From Malacoraja senta (lineage: Eukaryota), in the NCBI GenBank assembly GCA_038087875.1, contig CM075996.1, positions 8,868,001-8,932,000 of the forward strand: a stretch of 64,000 nucleotides of DNA, in the 5' to 3' direction. Every line of letters starts with the position of its first letter. Within the stretch, counting starts at the first letter, position 1. The translations under genes and the position numbers were made by a program. The notes under the pieces were generated by a model. It was not told the origin of the DNA. It did not search any database and worked only from the letters and a program-made list of their open reading frames with translations. Below are positions 11,656 to 22,993 of this stretch, piece by piece.

Positions 11656-13128
11656 GTCCATAGAAACATAGAAAATAGGTGCAGGAGTAGGCCATTCGGC
11701 CCTTCGAGCCTGCACCGCCATTCAATATGATCATGGCTGATCATCCAACTCAGTATCCTGTACCTGCCTTCTCTCCATACCCCCTGATCCCTTTAGCCAC
11801 AAGGGCCACATCTAACTCCCTCTTAAATATAACAAATGAACTGGCCTCAACTACCTTCTGTGGCAGAGAATTCCAGAGATTCACCACTCTCTGTGTGAAA
11901 AATGTTTTTTTCATCTCGGTCCTAAAAGATTTCCCCCTTATCCTTAAACTGTGACCCCTTGTCCTGGACTTCCCCAACATCGGGAACAATCTTCCTGCAT
12001 CTAGCCTGTCCAACCCCTTAAGAATTTTGTAATTTTCTATAAGATCCCCCCTCAGTCTTCTAAATTCCAGCGAGTACAAGCCGAGTCTATCCAGTCTTTC
12101 TTCATATGAAAGTCCTGACATCCCAGGAATCAGTCTGGTGAACCTTCTCTGTACTCCCTCTATGGCAAGAATGTCTTTCCTCAGATTTAGTGACCAAAAC
12201 TGTACACAATACTCCAGGTGTGGTCTCACCAAGACCCTGTACAACTGCAGTAGAACCTCCCTGCTCCTATACTCAAATCCTTTTGCTATGAATGCTAAAA
12301 TACCATTCGCTTTCTTCACTGCCTGCTGCACCTGCATGCATACTTTCAATGACTGGTGTACCATGATACCCAGGTCTCGTTGCATCTCCCCTTTTCCTAA
12401 TCAGCCACCATTCAGATAATAGTCTACTTTCCTGTTTTTGCCACCAAAGTGGATAACCTCACATGTATCCACATTATACTGCATCTGCCATGCATTTGCC
12501 CACTCACCCAGCCTATCCAAGTCACCTTGCAGCCTCCTAGCATCCTCCTCACAGCTAACACTGCCCCCAGCTTCGTGTCATCCGCAAACTTGGAGATGTT
12601 GCATTCAATTTCCTCGTCCAAATCATTAATATATATTGTAAATTGCTGGGGTCCCAGCACTGAGCCTTGCGGTACCCCACTAGTCATTGCCTGCCATTCT
12701 GAAAAGGACCCGTTTACTCCTACTCTTTGCGTCTGAAGAAGGGTTTCGGCCCGAAACGTTGCCTATTTCCTTCACTCCATAGATGATGATACAACAAGTG
12801 ATCCTCCGTCAGTTTCGCCACCTCCAACGTGACCCCACCACTCGCCACATCTTCCCATCTCCCCCCATGTCTGCCTTCCGCAAAGACCGCTCCCTCCGTA
12901 ACTCCCTTGTCAATTCTTCCCTTCCCTCCCGTACCACCCCCTCCCCGGGTACTTTCCCTTGCAACCGCAAGAGATGCAACACTTGTCCCTTCACCTCCCC
13001 CCTCGACTCCATTAAAGGACCTAAGCAGTCGTTCCAGGTGCGACAGAGGTTCACCTGCATCTCCTCCAATCTCATCTATTGCATCCGCTGCTCTAGATGC
13101 CAGCTGATCTACATCGGTGAGACCAAGC

Positions 13129-14068
13129 TGTAGGGGTTCTGGTTCCCTTAACTTTGGGCCCAACTGCCTGAAAAAGGGGTTCCCCTAGGTTCTAGACCTC
13201 GGAATTATGGTGGGATATGATAAAAGGTTGACTTGATCAGAGCGTGCTAATGAGAGAAAACAGAAACCAAGACGGACTCAAAGCAAGTCTAAAATTTACA
13301 GGCTTTATTAAACAAATGAGAGATCGAATCTCACCAACACTACATAATACGTGACTAAACTTATGCTTTAAACTAAGACTATGGGAGAAAATGATCGGGC
13401 ACGTCGTAAAACTTGTTTTACACAATTTTACTTGCAAGTACAGTACACCCCATTTCCCCTTCTTCTCTCAACCTTTATCCTATTTCCGGGAACTTCACCA
13501 GGTCGTCTGGGGTACTTACAGCTAGGTCGATGCAGGCTCACGAGCTGTCCAGCAGAGCAGAAAGAGAGCGAGTTCTGGCTTGACTCCTGCTTTTTATACC
13601 TGAGTTTCTCCCTTGAAACCCTCCCCCCCCCCAGATGGTCCTCTGGACAAAAGGGTCTTTTGATGATTCCCAGTTTCGATCTGGTATGAGCAATAGGGGT
13701 TTGCTGATGTCATGATCCCTCAGCCTGATCGTTATCCCATCGGCTAGATGGGCTCCCATTGTCCCGATGGATGCGTCATCCACGATGTTGATTGTGCTTG
13801 CTGCTGGCCTGTTTACCACCGTCTGCTGAGGCTCGGTAACTTCCTTTGTGTATTCCAAGATAATGTCATTATCTCCGTCTCAGCCTTTCCTGCTCACACC
13901 ATTAGCATAGTGGTGTAATGCCCAGGCCCACAGACAGGTTCGAAACTGGTTCTTCCTTTGTGGATTGGTTTTTTTTCCCGTTACAGTCAGCATGAATGTT
14001 TTAAAAATGTCCATGGTCCTCATCCCCGAGTTCTTCCATAATCTGAGGATTTGCCACAATAACTTACA
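13129..14068 (-). repeat. 3' LTR (940 bp)
   Basis: Copy of the 5' LTR. TATAAAA at 13598-13592, AATAAA at 13309-13304. Confidence 0.95.
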
Positions 14069-14353
14069 TGCCCTTACGATACGTCCAGGCTTGCACGGAC
14101 CGTATCGATTGACAGAGTTAGTGGGCAATCCTCCAGCCTCAAGAGCTGTAAACACTCCTGGCGAGATGGTGAAATTATGTACCCCGAAAGACCCCTTAAT
14201 TGCTAAACTAGACCCTCGAAGCACATTAACTTACACTATACCTCATTTTCTTTAAATCAATCCTACAAACCATACAGTACCATCATGACCATTCCCTGAA
14301 AATGCAGGGATCACAACATATGTATGAAACTATTGCAATGGAGTACAGACATG

Positions 14354-15618
14354 TTACAGTGACGAGGTGTCATTACAGCGACGTCGGGCGGCTTGATTTA
14401 CCAGCTGTTGTAATTTGGCCATCCTCCTCCACCTTTTAAGTTTGCAATTAATACATAGCAAATACACCACAATTATCATCTGGCAGATGATCAGAACATG
14501 GGACACGATGCGGACCCATACTGGAACTACGATCCAGGACTCCAGGTCCCACCAACTTGGAGACTTGATCTCTTCGATTTCCCTGGCGATATCCAGTGTC
14601 TTTTGTTCCAGGGAGAAGAAGTGTTTATGTGACAACTCGACTGCCACCAGCAACTCTTTTAATTTTTCATTCACTGGGGGAATATCATACCCGAAATGGG
14701 CCACATAGTTAGATAAGTCCGTTACATTTTCTCGTACCGAGAGGTGAACCGAAGAAGGTTCTGGGATGGGTAATATTCGCTGCTGTGCCACATGGACTTC
14801 TGCCCTGGGTTTAAAACAGAAGCTGCTGTGTGGTATCGGGCACCACAGCTGTGATCCGTGCTGATACCGCTGGGCACTTGTGGTGACACAGTACATCCCA
14901 CTGCCTATATACGCCACCTGTGGAGGGACATGGTCTGCCGCCATCGCCTCCATGGTACAGTTTATAGGCTGTGGCCCAACAGTCCTGAACCCACACTGAG
15001 GCCTAGCCTCGGCGCCCATGAGCTCCCCGGCTCCGACAACCCAAAAGGTCAATGCCTGTCACAGCTTGCTCCCTCACTATGACATAAGGCGGGACCTTCC
15101 CGTAGCGAATATGTACCCCCCACCACGAACAACTCCCACGTTCTCCACTCGGTACAGAGGAGCTGGTCGTGCCGAGGTTCCCATCACCGGGATTCTTACA
15201 ACCACTCCCATTATGGTGTGATTGGACTCTCCGCAATCCGCCGGTGCCGGGTAGGCCTCGAAGGCCACACGAAGCTGACAAGGACTCAAAGTGCTGTTAT
15301 AAGGGTGTAGCGCTGCTAGGTGCTGGTTGCTTATCCAGGAGGGGACCCGACCTTGCCTCAGGTCTTCCAGGTTGCTCCTCCCCTCCCCCAACAACCACGC
15401 ACCATACAGCCCACACACCTCATTCTGTGCAGCCTGATCGGATGCATTCCGGTCCTCTTTAATCAAAGCGTTTATCGTTTTTGCATGTGTCTCCAATTGT
15501 GCTATGATTTCTTTTAGATGTAGAGTCATTGCCACCTCTTCCTGCAGCCCCGAACCTACCACCGCATTTTCCTCCCCCAGAACCTCGTTGCCATCATCCA
15601 TACGGCGGGGCTACCCAT
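14354..15618 (-). pseudogene. env: env-like fusion glycoprotein remnant
   Basis: Heptad region, Cys-rich ectodomain with N-glycosylation sequons (NAS, NST, NHT, NCT, NVT), second heptad, WWD motif, hydrophobic TM span VRIVSHVLIICQMIIVVYLLCI and basic tail. Frameshifted near 15.08 kb. Confidence 0.8.
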
Positions 15619-15939
15619 CTGGAAAACAAAGCAAAACACCTCCTTGCCTCCACATCGCTATCCGCCTCCCTGCACTCCATCACACCCATGGAAGAGTGGC
15701 CATCCAGCTGACGGTAGCGGCTACCGTCCTAATAATGGCATTCGGGGTTTTGTCTTTGTCTGTTGTGGTCTACTTTTCCACAGCCCATCCCTTCGATGCA
15801 GCCGACGTGCCCGTACTGTCCGTCCCTGTACTCCCCTGTATCTATACAAAACCCTATATCTTATTACCAAACGCTAATTACATCTACTCACACACAAACC
15901 AATGCTATATACAATGCCACCCGTCTCCGGGTGGCCAAC

Positions 15940-18900
15940 TCATAACTGGTCCCCGTCACGCTGGGGCCACCCCTCTGGTGGGCCCACCCGTGCAGGCCAG
16001 AACTCCTCCTGTCGAGGGGCCTGACTGCCCCTCACCTCCCTTTGCACTATGGGGTTTCGAGATACCCCTACGTTCCCTGCGGAGACTGGGCTCCCTCCAG
16101 CCGCACTCCGTAGTGCCCTGTTTCGGCCACTCTCCTTCCCGGCCCTCCTGTGGATGGCCCTAGCCCTAGGTTTAATTAGGGATGGGGACCACCTTACTGG
16201 GGGTTTAGTGACCCTGTTACTCCTACGTCTGACTGGGGGTTCCCACACCAGAGGTGATACCTCCATCTCCTCTTCTTCTGCTAGTTCTGCCTCTCTTAGG
16301 CAATCTATGGTACCTGCCTGCGGAGGGCTGGAGTTAACCTCCTTCCCCGCTGCTTCCAGTCCTCGCCCTGGGACACAGCAGGCTACTTCAGGCTGACTAC
16401 CTGTGGGCTCGCCTGGCTCCCCTACGGTTTCCACATCAACCCGGGTCTGTTCTTGATCCTGTTCCCTGACATGTATCCCTTTCTTACTTTTCCCTGCCCT
16501 TGTGGGGTCGAACAATTTACACTGGTTGATGTGGAACCATTTGACTCTACGGGGAAGCTGAATGGCATACACCATGGGACTGGCCTTGTCCACTATGTTG
16601 TATGGGCCAGCATACAAGGGTTCGAACACCCCTACCCTAGCATATCTCCTGACCATTACCTGGTCTCCCACTGCCCACTCGCAATGCCTGCGAGGTTCCA
16701 GCAGTAGCTTGTTTCTTTGGTGCTGGGCCCCCATGTTTCTGGCTGCCTGCCAGTGAACCTGCCTAAGTTGTTCAAATAGCCTCTTGGCAAACTTGTCCCG
16801 GTTCACTTCCCTGAGCTGTCCCTCCGTTAAGGCTGGGACCATAACGTGCATAGGCGGTCTCATGACCCAGCCCGTCATAAGCTCATGGGGAGAGTACCCC
16901 GTACTCCTGGACTGGCTGGCCCGAATCCCCATAAGGACCAGGGGTAAAACCTCCACCCACCGGTTGGGTGAGTCCCCTGTTTCCTTCCTTATCCTTTCCT
17001 TTATTGTCCGGTTCAACCGCTCTACCGGACCTGAGGACTGGGGGTGGTAGGCCACATGCCACTTGGCCTTGATGCCCAGTATTCTAAGGGTGGACTGCAT
17101 GACCTGTCCCGTGAAATGGCTCCCCTGATCTGACTCCATGAACTGTGGGAGTCCCCACCTGGTGAACACCTCCCTAACCAGGATTTTTGCCGTACCCATT
17201 GCGGTGGCTGCTCTGCAAGGGAAGGCCTCTACCAATTTTGAGAACACATCCACAAGGACTAAGCAGTACTTGTAACCCCCTTGTGCGGTTGGAAGGGGTC
17301 CGATGTAGTCGATTTGAATCGACTGCCATGGCCCCTCCACCCTCCTGATGTGTCCCATAGAAACCTTCCTTTTCTGGGGATCTGGGTTGTTTGCTGCGCA
17401 AACCAGACAGCTTGCGCAAAAGTCGCGAACGTCTCCCCTGAGCCCTGGCCACCATCCTGCCATCTCTACTCGCTGCCATGTGGTCTCTGGCCCGGGGTGA
17501 CCTGACCCTGGACCCTCATGGGCTAGTTTTAAAAATTCCCTTCTGTACGGGGAAGGCACTACCCACTTATCTCCCATGAATAACATGCCTTCCTTTACTG
17601 ACATGTCTTTACCCCCATAAGGTCCCTCTATCTTCTCCTGCCTGCAAATGGCTGCTGAGGCAGCCTTTAAAATGGGGTCTTGTGCCTGGACCATGGTCAG
17701 GTCCGGGGCCAAAACCACTCCCGCACTCCCCTTTTCTCGAGGCTGCTCCCTGGCTGCAGCTACCTGTCCTTCCTCATAGGGGTCCCATGCTTTCCCACTC
17801 CTGGCTCCTTCTCTGGCCAAGCGATCCGCCCTCTGATTTCCCTCTCCTCGTGGCTCCGTTTTGGAATGTGCCTTCACCTTATGGATATATCTATCCCCGC
17901 CCTTCCCTACGGCTGCTACAATCCTCTCTAATAGGGGTTTAGGGGTCAGGGGCTTCCCGTCCGATGAGGTGTACCCTCGGCGGGACCAGATGGCCAAATA
18001 TTCCGTGCAGGAATTGCATGTGAACATGCTGTCCGAACATATGGTGTATGGAGTGGGGAAACGCTCGGGATGGGTGACCACGTACATTACCGCCGCCAGC
18101 TCGGCCTGCTGGGCGCTTAACGTATGTGGGAGTTTAAGGGCTAGGGCTATCTCCGCCTCGGGGTCCCAGATCCCACAGCCCATGAGCCGTATGCCCTCGG
18201 ACACGATACTGGACCCGTCCACGTATATTTCCCTACCCGTGGGATGTAACCCTGCTCTAAGCCCAAAGTCCACCTCCCATACCCCTTCCACCGAGCAACG
18301 GTGTGGCTCCCCTGGATACACCAAATTGGCTGCGAGCTTGGGCTCACATAGCCTCTCAACCCGTAAGGCCGTTTGGGAAAGGAGAAGGGTCCAGCAAGTG
18401 ATCCTCGCACTGCTAACGGTCCCATCCTTAATCCGACCGTCCAGCAGCATCTGGGTTGGGGTATGGTGGGTCAGGAGGGTGATGCGGGACATTCTTATGA
18501 AGACCTGTACCCTCTTCACTGCCGCTCACAGTTTGAATAGGACCTTTCTACCTCTGTGAGGACTCTGGAGGAATACACCACTGGCCTTAACTTGCCGTGC
18601 CGTTCCTGGAGGAGCACTGCGCTCAGGCCATCGCTGCTTGCGGCTACCTCCAGGAAAAAATCCTCCCTGTAGTCAATGGCTCCCAGAGCTGGGGCCGTTT
18701 GCAGGTCCCGCTTCAAATGGACGAATGCCGACTCGCACTGCTCATCCCACTCCCACTCTACCCCTTTGCGTAGCAGCTGGAGCAGATGTGCTGCGGTCAC
18801 GGCATAGTCCTCTATAAAGTCTCGGCAGTAGCCCGTGACTCCCAGAAATGACCTTACCCCCACCCACGTCCGCTGGGACTGGGAGTTCCTGCACTGCCTG

Positions 18901-20166
18901 CCTTCTTGCTGTATCGATACCCCTTTCTCCGGCCCTAAGGGTCAGTCCCAAGAACTTTACCTCTTGTAACCCTATCTGTGCCTTCTTGGGATTTACTTTT
19001 AAACCGCTCTTACAGAGCAGCTCCAGCAGTTCGTTTACAAGGGGCCCATGTTCCTCACTGGTGTCCGTGAATAGCAAAATATCATCCACATACTGGACGA
19101 TCTTGTGGGGCTCACTGAATTCTTTTAAACATTCTGCCATACATTGGTGGAAAATGCTGGGGCTATTGTGGAACCCTTGGGGAAGACAGTTCCACGTGTA
19201 CTGCTGCCCCTTGAATGTGAAAGCAAATTTGTACTGGTCTTCCTTCCTGACCGGGATAGACCAGAAACCGTTCGAGATGTCTAGCACCGTAAATACAGAT
19301 GCAGACGCTGGAATTTCCGCTAATAGGTCTGCTACGGCTGCCACAGTTGGTGCACAAGCCGGAATATTCTTATTCAGGACCCTATAATCTACCGTGGCCC
19401 TCCAGGAATTGTCTGGCTTCCGTACGGGCCAGAGCAGTGAGTTCACGTGGGTGGCTATGGGCCTCAAAACGCCTTGCTTAACCAGTGAACTCAGGGCGCC
19501 TTCTAAGTCAGCCTCCGCTTCTCGGGGAAAACTATACTGTTTCTGCGGTCGGGACATGGGATCCCCGTCTCTCCTGACCTCTGTTCCTGTGACCCTTCCA
19601 CAGTCGTGCTTGTGAGTAGTGAATGCGGCCAAATTTCGCTTGACATGGCCTCGATACTCTGTCGGGGTCTGCCTCACTAGGGCCTCTACATCGTACCCCT
19701 CTCTGGGCTTCACTACACACAGAGCCCCTCTCTCTGGTGCCCCCTCGATGACCATTACCTCCTTCTCTCTCTCAGCCCCTTCTCCTGCTATGCCCCACAA
19801 ACAGTGGTTCCTCAGGTACACCAGGACCTGGTGGGCCACTATAAAGTCGGCGCCTAGTATCCCCTTTCCCTCCTGCTCCCAACTCATCAGGACGCACTTC
19901 CACTGCGCCTGGAGTGCTCCTAATTGAATGGACAAGGGAACAGAGGAAAACCCCGTCTTCTCGTTTCCCGTAAAACCGACAAGACTATAGGGCGCCCCAC
20001 TAGATAGAGGGGATGTACGGGGATTGTCCGTGTGGACAATGGTACTGGAAGCACCTGTGTCCAGCAGGTAACTCCCGACCACATCCTGGACCTCCATCTT
20101 GACCCAGGGTCTCCCACATGGGCCATACTCTAACGGGCATATGAATGTGGGCTGTTTCGCTGGCAG
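15940..20166 (-). pseudogene. pol: pol: protease, RT, degenerate RNase H, second RNase H, integrase (frameshift ~18862, small deletion ~18520)
   Basis: Protease LLDTGA. RT LDISNGFW, LPQGFHNSP, YVDD. Tether RH LEVAAS..YSSRVL. RH2 YVDGS..AQQAEL..SDS..KVKAH..GNQRAD. IN HHCC, IDYIG, SDQGSHF, VERLN, GPY. Confidence 0.95.
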
Positions 20167-22048
20167 TCATAAAGGTGCCGGGGGTGCGGATACGGGTGCG
20201 CCCTGGCCCGTTGCCATGGCTACCTGTCTGGACCCTCCCGCCTTTGACTGCAAATAGGTCAATAGATCTCTTACATCTATTGTTCCCGGCACGGCCGCTC
20301 CCTCCTCCGGGGCTGGGTCGTCTGTTACCAGGGTCCTATCCTCCACTGCTCTACTTGGGTTTCTGCACTCCCTCTTGTAGTGCCCGGGCTTCCCACACCC
20401 GTAGCACACCGGCCTCATCTCGGAAGAGGTCCGGCTGCCTTCCTGTTTCCACTCCCTCCTTTTGGGGGGTGCCGGTGCTATGTTGTGCACCTTGCCCTTA
20501 AAGGGCTTCTCCTCACTTCTCTCCCCGTTGCGATACGCAAGGGTGAGCTTCCTTATTACCTCTGCCTTGTTAAGGTTTGGGTTCGCTGGGTCGAACCAGT
20601 GCTCGGCCTTTGCCCTAACTCGCGGGAGGCAATTCGCTACCAGAGTCTTCAGCCAGTGGGCTGTTCTCTCATCTAAATTCCGCCTATCTAAAGGCGTCCC
20701 ACATGCTCCCTCATACACTGCCCACAGTCTGTCTGTGAACATGTCCAGGGACTCAGCTACCTGCTGCTTCGTCTCCCCCACCCTGGCGAAAGGACTACCC
20801 TGATTCAACCCCATGGCCTCCAGAACCGCTGTCTGTGCCGCTACCCATGTTTCAGGTCTTCCCCCTTCCCTGGAGGTCACCGCCTTGCATAGGTAGGAAT
20901 CCAGGGTCATCAGTAGTAGCTTTACCCGTTCTACCTCATCGCAATCGTTTATATCGGCTGCCTGCTGCACCTCCATAAAATGCAATGACGGGTCTCCCGC
21001 CCTGGTTAACCGGGGAACGTGAGGCACCATCCCCCTCAGCATGTGTGCCCCATGGGGAATGATGATATCACTCTCTATGGGCCCCCTATCTGCCTGCCCT
21101 ACCGGGGCACCATATTTCCTTTGCCGTACCGGGCACATCTACCCTACCCGGGGCTGTTGCCCCTTTACCCCCTGCTCTCCCACCATGATCGGTAACCCCA
21201 CCACCTCGTGGTGTGCTACACATGGCGCAGACGCCGCTAACTGAGGGTGCTCTCTCGCCCCTCCTTGGGCCTGTCCCTCCCCGGACAACCCGAACCCCAC
21301 CTGCCGACCCGGACCTATTCCCGGCTCCTCAGGAGGCGGTCTATTCCCCTTTGCCCCTGGGGAATCACGTGCTGAGGGAAGCCCTCTGTCCCTGGGGGAC
21401 CCCCCTGGTCCTTCCAAGTGAACCCGTCCCCTAGTCTTGGACAGAGTCTCCTCCAGCTACCCTTGCCTGGCAAGGCCCATGATCACAATCCCCTAGCTCG
21501 CTATGGGCCACCCTGTATGCTGCTTGGATATCCTGGAACTTTCCCTCCAGCTCCCTGTACCTCTGTGTACTCTGAGCCAGGAGTTCCTGGGCGTTCCGTT
21601 CCCTCTCCTTTGCCTCTACCGCCTGGCATTGGAGGAATTCCTGGGCATTTCTGTGGGACTCCCTAGCCTGCAAGATACACTGCCTGGCTTCACTGAGTTC
21701 CTCGTGTAGCCCTTCCCCTTCTCTAGTGCTTTCCTCAGCGCTGGCCCTAGCTTTTCTCAGTTGCCCTTCTATACTCTCTACCTGTCTCTCCATTTTGGCT
21801 ACCTGCTGTGATAGGCACACTAGCCAAACGGCCTTTTCCTGCCCTTTATTATACCCTTTGCTTTCCGTCCATTCTGCTGCAGCTGCTGCAGGCTGCTGTG
21901 CTGCCAAAAGTGCTATCACCCATTGTTTGGTGAGATTGATCTTTTTAAACAGATAAGAGGAGATTCTCTCCTCCATCTTGCTGCATTCTCTCAACCCCTC
22001 TGGCAAGTCACATATCCCAAACCACCGAGGTCCTGCCATGGTCGCCAT
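20167..22048 (-). pseudogene. gag: gag, with one frameshift (~21455) and one premature TAG (21141-21139)
   Basis: ORF pieces 22048-21431, 21417-21139 and 21138-20167 join into about 625 codons. N-terminal heptad-rich helix, capsid-like middle, CCHC knuckle CYGCGKPGHYKREC. Confidence 0.85.
22030..22047 (-). promoter_or_regulatory. Primer-binding site, tRNA-Arg-like
   Basis: TGGCGACCATGGCAGGAC, 3 nt after the 5' LTR. 16/18 match to the complement of the vertebrate tRNA-Arg(TCG) 3' end as recalled. Confidence 0.75.
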
Positions 22049-22050
22049 TG

Positions 22051-22993
22051 TGTAGGGGTTCTGGTTCCCTTTACTCAACTTCGGGCCCAACTGCCTGAAA
22101 AAGGGGTTCCCCTAGGTTCTAGACCTCGGAATTATGGTGGGATATGATAAAAGGTTGACTTGACCAGAGCGTGCTGATGAGAGAAAACAGAAACCAAGAC
22201 GGACTCAAAGCAAGTCTAAAATTTACAGGCTTTATTAAACAAATGAGAGATCGAATCTCACCAACACTACATAATACGTGACTAAACTTATGCTTTAAAC
22301 TAAGACTATGGGAGAAAATTATCGGGCACGTCGTAAAACTTATTTTACACAAATTTACTTGCAAGTACAGTACACCCCCTTTCCCCTTCTTCTCTCAACC
22401 TTTATCCTATTTCCGGGAACTTCACCAGGTCGTCTGGGGTACTTACAGCTAGGTCGATGCAGGCTCACGAGCCGTCCAGCAGAGCAGAAAGAGAGCGAGT
22501 TCTGGCTTGACTCCTGCTTTTTATACCTGAGTTTCTCCCTTGAAACCCCCCCCCCCCGATGGTCCTCTGGACAAAAGGGTCTTTTGATGATTCCCAGTTT
22601 CGATCTGGTATGAGCAATAGGGGTTTGCTGATGTCATGATCCCTCAGCCTGATCGTTATCCCATCGCCTAGATGGGCTCCCATTGTCCCGATGGATGCGT
22701 CATCCACGATGTTGATTGTGCTTGCTGCTGGCCTGTTTTACCACCGTCTGCTGAGGCTCGGTACCTTCCTTTGTGTATTCCAAGATAATGTCATTATCTC
22801 CGTCTCAGCCTTTCCTGCTCACACCATTAGCATAGTGGTGTAATGCCCAGGCCCACAGACAGGTTCGAAACTGGTTCTTCCTTTGTGGATTGTTTTTTTT
22901 TCCGTTGCAGTCAGCAAGTCCGTTTTTAAAAATGTCCATGGTCCTCATCCCCGAGTTCTTCCATAATCGGAGGATTTGCCACAATAACTTACA
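22051..22993 (-). repeat. 5' LTR (943 bp)
   Basis: Direct repeat of 13129-14068, roughly 97% identical by eye. TATAAAA at 22525-22519, GTAAGT at 22446-22441, AATAAA at 22236-22231. Confidence 0.95.

Larger units (their letters stand above)
13129..22993 (-). mobile_element. Env-bearing endogenous retrovirus-like provirus (lokiretrovirus-like), defective but recent
   Basis: TG..CA LTRs at 13129-14068 and 22051-22993, AAGC TSD (13125-13128, 22994-22997), PBS, and gag-pro-RT-RH-RH-IN-env order. Confidence 0.93.

Noticed and set aside
14069..14085. Polypurine tract before the 3' LTR
   Set aside because: Only AAGGGCA is present, too weak to annotate.
13538..14224. Possible accessory ORFs at the env-3' LTR junction and in U3 (114 aa, 106 aa)
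   Set aside because: No recognisable motifs, and the frames are not preserved between the two LTRs.
15504..18559. Plus-strand ORFs antisense to pol/env (219 aa, 232 aa)
   Set aside because: Expected shadow ORFs of GC-rich coding sequence, with no independent support.
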